A stretch of DNA of 44,605 bases. Source: Atractiella rhizophila. Its lineage: Eukaryota. Position numbers and translations under genes: made by a program. Positions 38,480 to 44,605 of the stretch are shown here, one piece after another (positions within the stretch are counted from its first letter, which is position 1; every line of letters starts with the position of its first letter). Under the pieces are notes generated by a model. That model did not search any database. It had not been told where the DNA came from and saw nothing but the letters and a program-made list of their open reading frames with translations. Location: positions 1 to 44,605 of the forward strand of contig MU271559.1 of the NCBI GenBank assembly GCA_021432655.1. Reading direction: 5' to 3'.

Positions 38480-40078
38480 ATGTCGAAGCCCTGCCTGGCG
38501 CTAGCCAAGCACGGTAATTGTGTAAAAGGCGATAATTGCATCTATGGTTATTCGCACTCATGGCCAGTGGAGAGGTTGAAAGGTGCTAGTATGTGCAAAT
38601 TTCAGGATGGGAAGTGTAAGGACAAAGACACGAAGAAAGGATGCCCGTTTCTCCATCCAGAGGACTTTGAGAAGGAACACGCTGCACACAGGGACCAGTC
38701 TGTCTCCTTCCTCTCCCCACCGTCCTCTTAGCGGCTGACGATACTTACAGTGAACCTGACGACTTTGTAACGCGCCTTCAAAAGGCGACCGAGAAACGGA
38801 ACTCCACAAGAGGAGTTGAACCTCCCTTTGTACAACCGCAAACTAGCAAAGGCTCCATCGAAGGACCTACTTCAAAACCTTTTGTCCGAAAAGACCATCC
38901 ATGCATCATTAAGGCGACCTTAGGTTTCTGCAATCGAGGAAACGACTGTCCATATGCCCCATCTCATAGCTGGCCGAGGGATAAATTGGAGAAGGCCAGT
39001 CAGTGTACTTGGGAGAAGGCAAGAGGAGAATGTAAGAGACCGTGGTGTAAGTTTGTGCACCTTGGTCAAGAGAGGGAGAGGGATTTGATGGACTTCAGCA
39101 TCGACGAGTCACCACCGTTAGTCCTCATGATTCTCCACAACTTCCGCTCACAGATGGCGCAGGGGTGATACAGAGGGAGACGTCGAGTCGTTGGGTGTTC
39201 GCGACCGTCTTTCTCCAACCCAATCACACAAAGAAGCTGGTCTGACATATCCGAATAACACCTTGGATGAGCTATTAGCTGAGGGACGCCTTGAGGATGC
39301 GAAGCGACGAATCAAAGAAGCGGAGATGAAGCAGAAAATGTCTAGAGGTTCACCGAGAGATGTCGCCAAATCTAGAGCCACTGGAGCTACCTTCGATAAC
39401 ACGAGAAGCACCATACTTTCTCAAGGTGCATCCGCCAACTCTTTCACAAGCGAAACGCCGAGTACATATCAAACTTCTCCAAGTGCTTCCGGAACCAGAG
39501 AAAGGACAAAGCTAGATGCGACACAGAGGAGGGAGGTAGAACTGCTCAAAGAAGCGCTAAAGGAGAAAGAAGAGACGTTGAGCGCTCTGCAGCATGCTTT
39601 CGAAGAATTGAAGACGGAGAAGGTCGTTCATTATCAGGATGATCCTCTTTTACTCAAAGCACTCTCAAGATTGACATATTATGAGGTGTGTGTCTCGTAA
39701 AACTGAAAAAAAAGGTGAATAAGGGCCCCGTGAACCAACCTCCTAAAGGGAACAAAAAACCCAAAACTGCCCAAAACAAGAAAACAATTCCTGAAACCAA
39801 GCCGAAAGGGTCCGGGCCAACCTTTTTGCTCAATGTTCACTACCCTGCTGACAATCTTTCGCAATGCAGATCATCCGGATCTTGGAACTGTTTGTCTACC
39901 GCTCCGTGTCTACGTTTTGAACTGACAGGACCAACAGGGAAAGGCAATTTATGATCTGGTGCAAAACTCTCTTCTTCTTGCTGTTGATTTTGCTGACAGC
40001 GCGTAGATTGATCATGCGAGAAGTGTACTCGCGGATCCTGTTGAAAAGAAGAAGTATGATAAGTCTTTGGGCTGGTAA
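38480..40078 (+). CDS. Two CCCH zinc-finger pairs + coiled coil + C-terminal J-domain with HPD
   Basis: Two copies of C-x8-C-x5-C-x5-H-x-W-x7-AS-x-C..C..C-x3-H. Coiled coil EVELLKEALKEKEE. J-domain reads LTYYE | (39740-39809 exon, suspect sequence) | HPDLGT | GKAIYDL | IDHARSVLADPVEKKKYDKSLGW*. Confidence 0.78.
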
Positions 40079-40244
40079 GGTAGACGCAGGAGCAGCGTAG
40101 TAGTCGCGGCTCAGCAATGTCCAAAGCCAGTTCTGCAGTTCTGCGTAAGAATGGTGTATGTCGTAAAATACGCTACAGAAGAACGTTTCCTTACTGAAAT
40201 GTATGTATGTACAGACAACAAACACTCTGACAATAAGCAACTCG

Positions 40245-40730
40245 TCAGTTACCACCTCTCGTTCTCGCACTCCTTCGAGTGCCAGTTTGCGTTGGAGTAT
40301 TTGTGCCTGATGCAGCCACACTTGTTGAGGGCTGTTTTGCGAGAAGAGTTGGTGTAGGTGGCACAAGCTGCTGTTGGGCAGGTTCACTCTCAGGTCTACG
40401 GGTTGATTCGTCAGGCGAAAGAACTTGAATGTACGCCACATACACGTATGGGTTCACCCTCTCCACTCCTTTGTAGTATTCTTTGGATTCTTTCGGCACC
40501 ATATATCTTGCCAACGCGAGAATCAGATGCTTCTGTGGACTCAATATTATGGTGGGAACTCACATAGCGGTGCCGTAGTCAAACTGAGGACCTCTGTCCC
40601 TGCGAGCCCAATTCGTCAGTTTGTTCCACTCCGACGTCGACTTGGAACCGCGAGTGTAAGGGTCGTTAGACAACTCTTCAACAGTAGTGGACACAACTAC
40701 GTCCGTCTTATGCTGCTTCATCAAGCCCAT
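40245..40730 (-). CDS. Small hypothetical protein (2 exons)
   Basis: MGLMKQHKTD...FDYGTA joins in frame, through a gtgagt...caag intron, to YMVPKESKEYY...RTRGGN*. No family recognised. Confidence 0.45.
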
Positions 40731-41117
40731 CGTATGTTAACGTTATAACTGTTCTGATTGAGAGTGGAAGGTTATATTTGAAATCGGTAAAACTTGCTTC
40801 TCCGGGGTCGGAACCTACATCAATCCCATTCATTAAAGGACGGCTTTTCACCTTTCTCAGGATCGCAAACTGCTGCCCTACTGTTCTCTTTTAAATATTC
40901 CGTGCTTTAGCAGTTTTTTCTTCTCGTGTAGTTTCCCAACGGTATAAAAATATGCTACGAAATTGAAGTACAAAACAGCAGTCAAAATGAAATCGAATGG
41001 ATAGAGACGATAACGTAGGGAAGAATCGAAAGGTGGAATACTGAATTTCGTTAAATTGCAAAATGCACCAGAAACAAGACTGACGAACGGACAAAACGCG
41101 AGAAATATAACGAAATT

Positions 41118-44100
41118 TCATCCCTCGATTGCGCGCAGGACAGGTCTTCGTGGGAGGTCGAATTCGACGTAACGAGGTTCATCGTCACAGATCGCAAAAT
41201 CCCCATCCAGCAGACTGGGTTGGACGTACACGCCGCCGGTTACCACGAAAGTCAGGATCATCCGTCGTGCTTGTAAGCCGACGCATCTTCCTGCATAATT
41301 TTTCAGATTATTGAATGGAAGAAAATGCTTGGCGCACCTCGCCGTCCAGGAGCGAACTCTACCAAAGCCTCTGGAGACATCAATTCGTCCTCTATTTTGA
41401 AGAATGAGGTGCGAAGGTTACTGTAAGGTAAGGGAATGACGCACCTAATGGAGTCAGCGTTTCTCTCTTCTGCCTGATGCGCTCTGCTTTCATCTCTTCT
41501 TGGCTGAGATGTTCGATTTCTGACGAGTCGCATGAGTAATGGAATCCGTGTCCTGCACATAGACCGTGAGGTGACTCTCGATAATTATCCACTGTGAATC
41601 CTTGATTCACTACGATATGATGAAGATATCTAGTGTCCTTTCCGTACTGCCGCAACTTAGGTTCCTGCGACCCATATGGCTCAGAGATCTCTACAACTGT
41701 TCACAATATGGAACCCACCAAAGACCCTAACCTGTCTTTCGGAAGTTCGAAGAAGAATCGCCCCACGTCAGGCATGAGCCAACACCTGGTTGAATCAGTG
41801 AGTGGGAGAGGGAATCAATGACGTTACGGACCTGACGAATACTCCGGGAAAAGAGACCTTCAAAAATGTCATAACGCGATCTTCTCCTGCATCAAAAAAT
41901 ATACCCGAATCCGTCATCCTCATCCACGGCTGCCATTTCTCCAACATCTCATACGTGGTATGCGGCCGCATGCTCCAAACAGGACAATCAGCTTCATATC
42001 GCGGATGATGGTCCCTTTCCGCTCTCTCTCTTGCATTGCGCACATTCTCGTCTTTCAGAGCTTTCTCTCGAGCCTCTGCTTGACCAATCTCAACTTGGAG
42101 CTTTCGATAAAGCCCTGGAAGTTGGTAATGGTACGCGTCCTTCATAATATTTCGTATGGCTTGAGTTTCGGTTTGCATGAAAGCATCGTGGGTCCACGCC
42201 AAACTGATGGGAAGAATATCATATCCGATCAAATAAGCCTGCACCGCCACATGGGCTTCAGCGTAAAAACTCCGGAACGAGAGGAAAAGCGTACATGGAT
42301 AATCTTCCAGATAGAAGGAGAGCGGCTGATAACCATGTGAGAATCATGCCCAGGCAGATGTCGATTGTGAATGAACCAATCCGTGAAAGCATTTCGCATA
42401 ATACCAGTCGATGGATCCCAGTCTCCGTCTCCGAGCATTTCCTCCAACGTGATCCGAACGAGGCTGTCCGACATTGTAAGGGTGAAGACAGTGTCGATTG
42501 GCACTCCTTGATAGCTCCTCGTTTTTCTAGCGACCACGGTTGCAGGACTTGTTCGAGGAAGTATCGGGCGTTGTTGCTGAGAAGCAGGATTGAATGGAGC
42601 TGCTGGTGGCGTGACGGCCACACTGGTTGCGGTTGGAGGTAGAGGAGCGGGAGGCGGAGCGGCTCCTTCAAAGGATCGTTCCCGAGAGATTGTAATGTTG
42701 CCATAACGGTTAAGCCTGAAAGCATGACCGTCTTGCTCGAACCTCGGTGTCTGATCTGGCACCGGAGATCTTTGAGGAGAATCAGAGACAACTTCCCTCC
42801 CTTTCCCTTTGTCTCTCCTGGCCGTATGTGGTGATGATGTTTCTTCCACTTCTCCCTCTCCACTGTTTCCTGGTTGGATCTGCGAATTTTCCTTGGGCAG
42901 CTTGCCAGCTTGAGCAAGGAGCGTCCGCTGCTTATCCTTCTTCCGCAAATCCTCGATATGCTTCCTGGAGGTGGCAACGACATGGTGTTCCGGTACCCGA
43001 GGTCCAAAGTTGAACTCTCCACTTTGGTTTGGGAGTGTTCTCTCTTCCGTCCAGCTGACCTGTTGAGGGATAGGTAGAGCAGGAGGAATGTCGTTGGGAA
43101 TGGTTGAAGTTTCAGATACCCTATCCTCGTCCTCATCCACTCTCATTTCCTGCTCATAATCAAATCCTCTGACAGATTCGACCGGATTCCTCAGATCCGT
43201 ATCAAACCAACGGTCCACCTTCTTCCTTCCTTTTCCCATATACTCCTTCACGCCAGCTTTCTCACGTTGAATTATCCCTTCCTCATGCGTCATATTCCTC
43301 GCCTGTTGACTTAAGTGAGAGACAGCTACACCCTTCCCGAGATTTAGTTGCTGTCGACTCGTGAACAGGGGATTGATTTCGTCGACCGTTCCGAGATTGG
43401 GGCAGTTGAGCTGATGGTGCAATTCCGGATTAGACGTCTGCACCGCGTCGTTGTATCGACCAGGAAGCCCTTCGTCTGTTTGCGTGATAGCAGGTCGCTG
43501 AATAGACAATCCAGAGGGACCAGGAGTTGCGTTCCTAACCACCTCCTTGGGAGAGCGCGACCTTGCCCGTGAAGATGCCGGAAGACCTTCCTTGCCCTTC
43601 TTCAAAGAAGGAGGATTAGCTGCGGGAGGCTCGTCGAGGAAGAAGGGCGACGGAGAGTGAGATGGAAGCCCGGAAAGGAAAGCAACATTTGACGGGTCAA
43701 CCCATTCAGCCAGTCCAAGGTCGAGCATCATGGACAGAGCGTCTTTACTTACACTGCCCAATCCTCCTGCTGTCGCATTTGCGGGCAAACTAGGTGTAGC
43801 AGCAGTTTGCATAGAGACCTTCCGTCGTTTGTTCGCTCCATCAACGGTGGGGACGTTGTACGAGGTGAAGTCGGTTCCAGGAACTGGCGTGGCATTGGCG
43901 CGAATGAAGGGAAGAGGATCGGCGTGTGTTTGAGGGAGCTGAGATTCGGCACCTCTTTTTCTGCTTTCTAACGATACGGGGCTCGTCGGCATATTGGAAT
44001 TCGGATTTCCTTTGGTGGCGTGGACAGAGTGGATGGACGCTGCAGGGGCGGAGGTTTCGCGATGTGATGCACGAATTGGAGAATCTGTTATATTCATTTG

Positions 44101-44605
44101 TCAGTTACCATGATGAGAAGGAAGGGAAGTGGAACGCGCCAAGGTTGAGACTGGCAATGCTGACATCGAGCGAAGACCGCCTCTGACCAGGAGGCAGCCT
44201 TGCCGGACTTTCGGGAAGGAGAGGACCTTTGGGGAAACTGAATCGTTTGTCGAATGGAGCATTCTTTTTGAGAGGATCTCTTGACGTCTCTACATGACAA
44301 AAGCAGAAGGAGAGTATAAGAAAACAACATTCACCACACCGATCCTGAACACAAGGACAGGACAGAGTTAGAAACACGCACTGTCTCTAGCACTCTGCCT
44401 TTTGGACGGTCCAGGAGCGACACCAGATGGATCATCGCTCCTTCTCCTGTTACGAACATGGTATGGCGCGACATCTGGCGCCGGTGTACGTCCTTTTGTC
44501 TTCCTTAGCAGCCTTCCGCCTCCATCAACAATCCCTTCCACAGGCTCCTTCTGTTCGTTGTCTACAAGAAGTTGAGCTGCAGGAGCCATTTTCGCTCTTC
44601 AGGCT
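41118..44605 (-). CDS. Large hypothetical protein, 5'-partial; disordered N-terminal part and ordered C-terminal region
   Basis: A 622-codon ORF splices in frame through five GT-AG introns: ...IIH|AYLIGYDILP...FVR|CWLMPDVGRFFF...GSL|EPKLRQYGK...|...|GRCVGLQ...RAIEG*, with the stop at 41118-41120. Confidence 0.75.

Noticed and set aside
1..44605. Transposons, CRISPR arrays, rRNA, telomeric repeats
   Set aside because: No transposase, RT or integrase motifs, terminal repeats, spaced repeat arrays or rRNA-like sequence seen; gap contents are unknown.

Overview
Gene-dense, intron-rich fungal genomic DNA from a draft assembly with four N-gaps. It looks basidiomycete, judging by ~50-60 nt introns, micro-exons, and CPL1-like, DUF3295 and YANK-kinase genes. 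All exon structures were spliced by hand and family calls come from remembered motifs, not database searches. In order, the window holds: the 3' end of a LIM/paxillin-like gene; two tandem RTA1 paralogs; a GH45/DPBB endoglucanase-V-like gene broken up by introns; alternative oxidase; an AGC/YANK kinase; a PHD-JmjC demethylase (JHD1-like) head-to-head with a HOS3-like deacetylase; an unknown gene; an OM14-like gene; a GPI-type chitin deacetylase; coronin; a DUF3295 protein; a secreted tandem CBM-like + CPL1-like protein; and two orphan genes. The most notable feature is a pair of paralogs about 10 kb apart (28203-30524 and 38480-40078). Both combine atypical tandem CCCH zinc fingers, a coiled coil and a C-terminal J-domain split over matching small exons. 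One keeps the Hsp70-activating HPD motif and the other has NCD, suggesting a J / J-like pair of RNA-binding co-chaperones.
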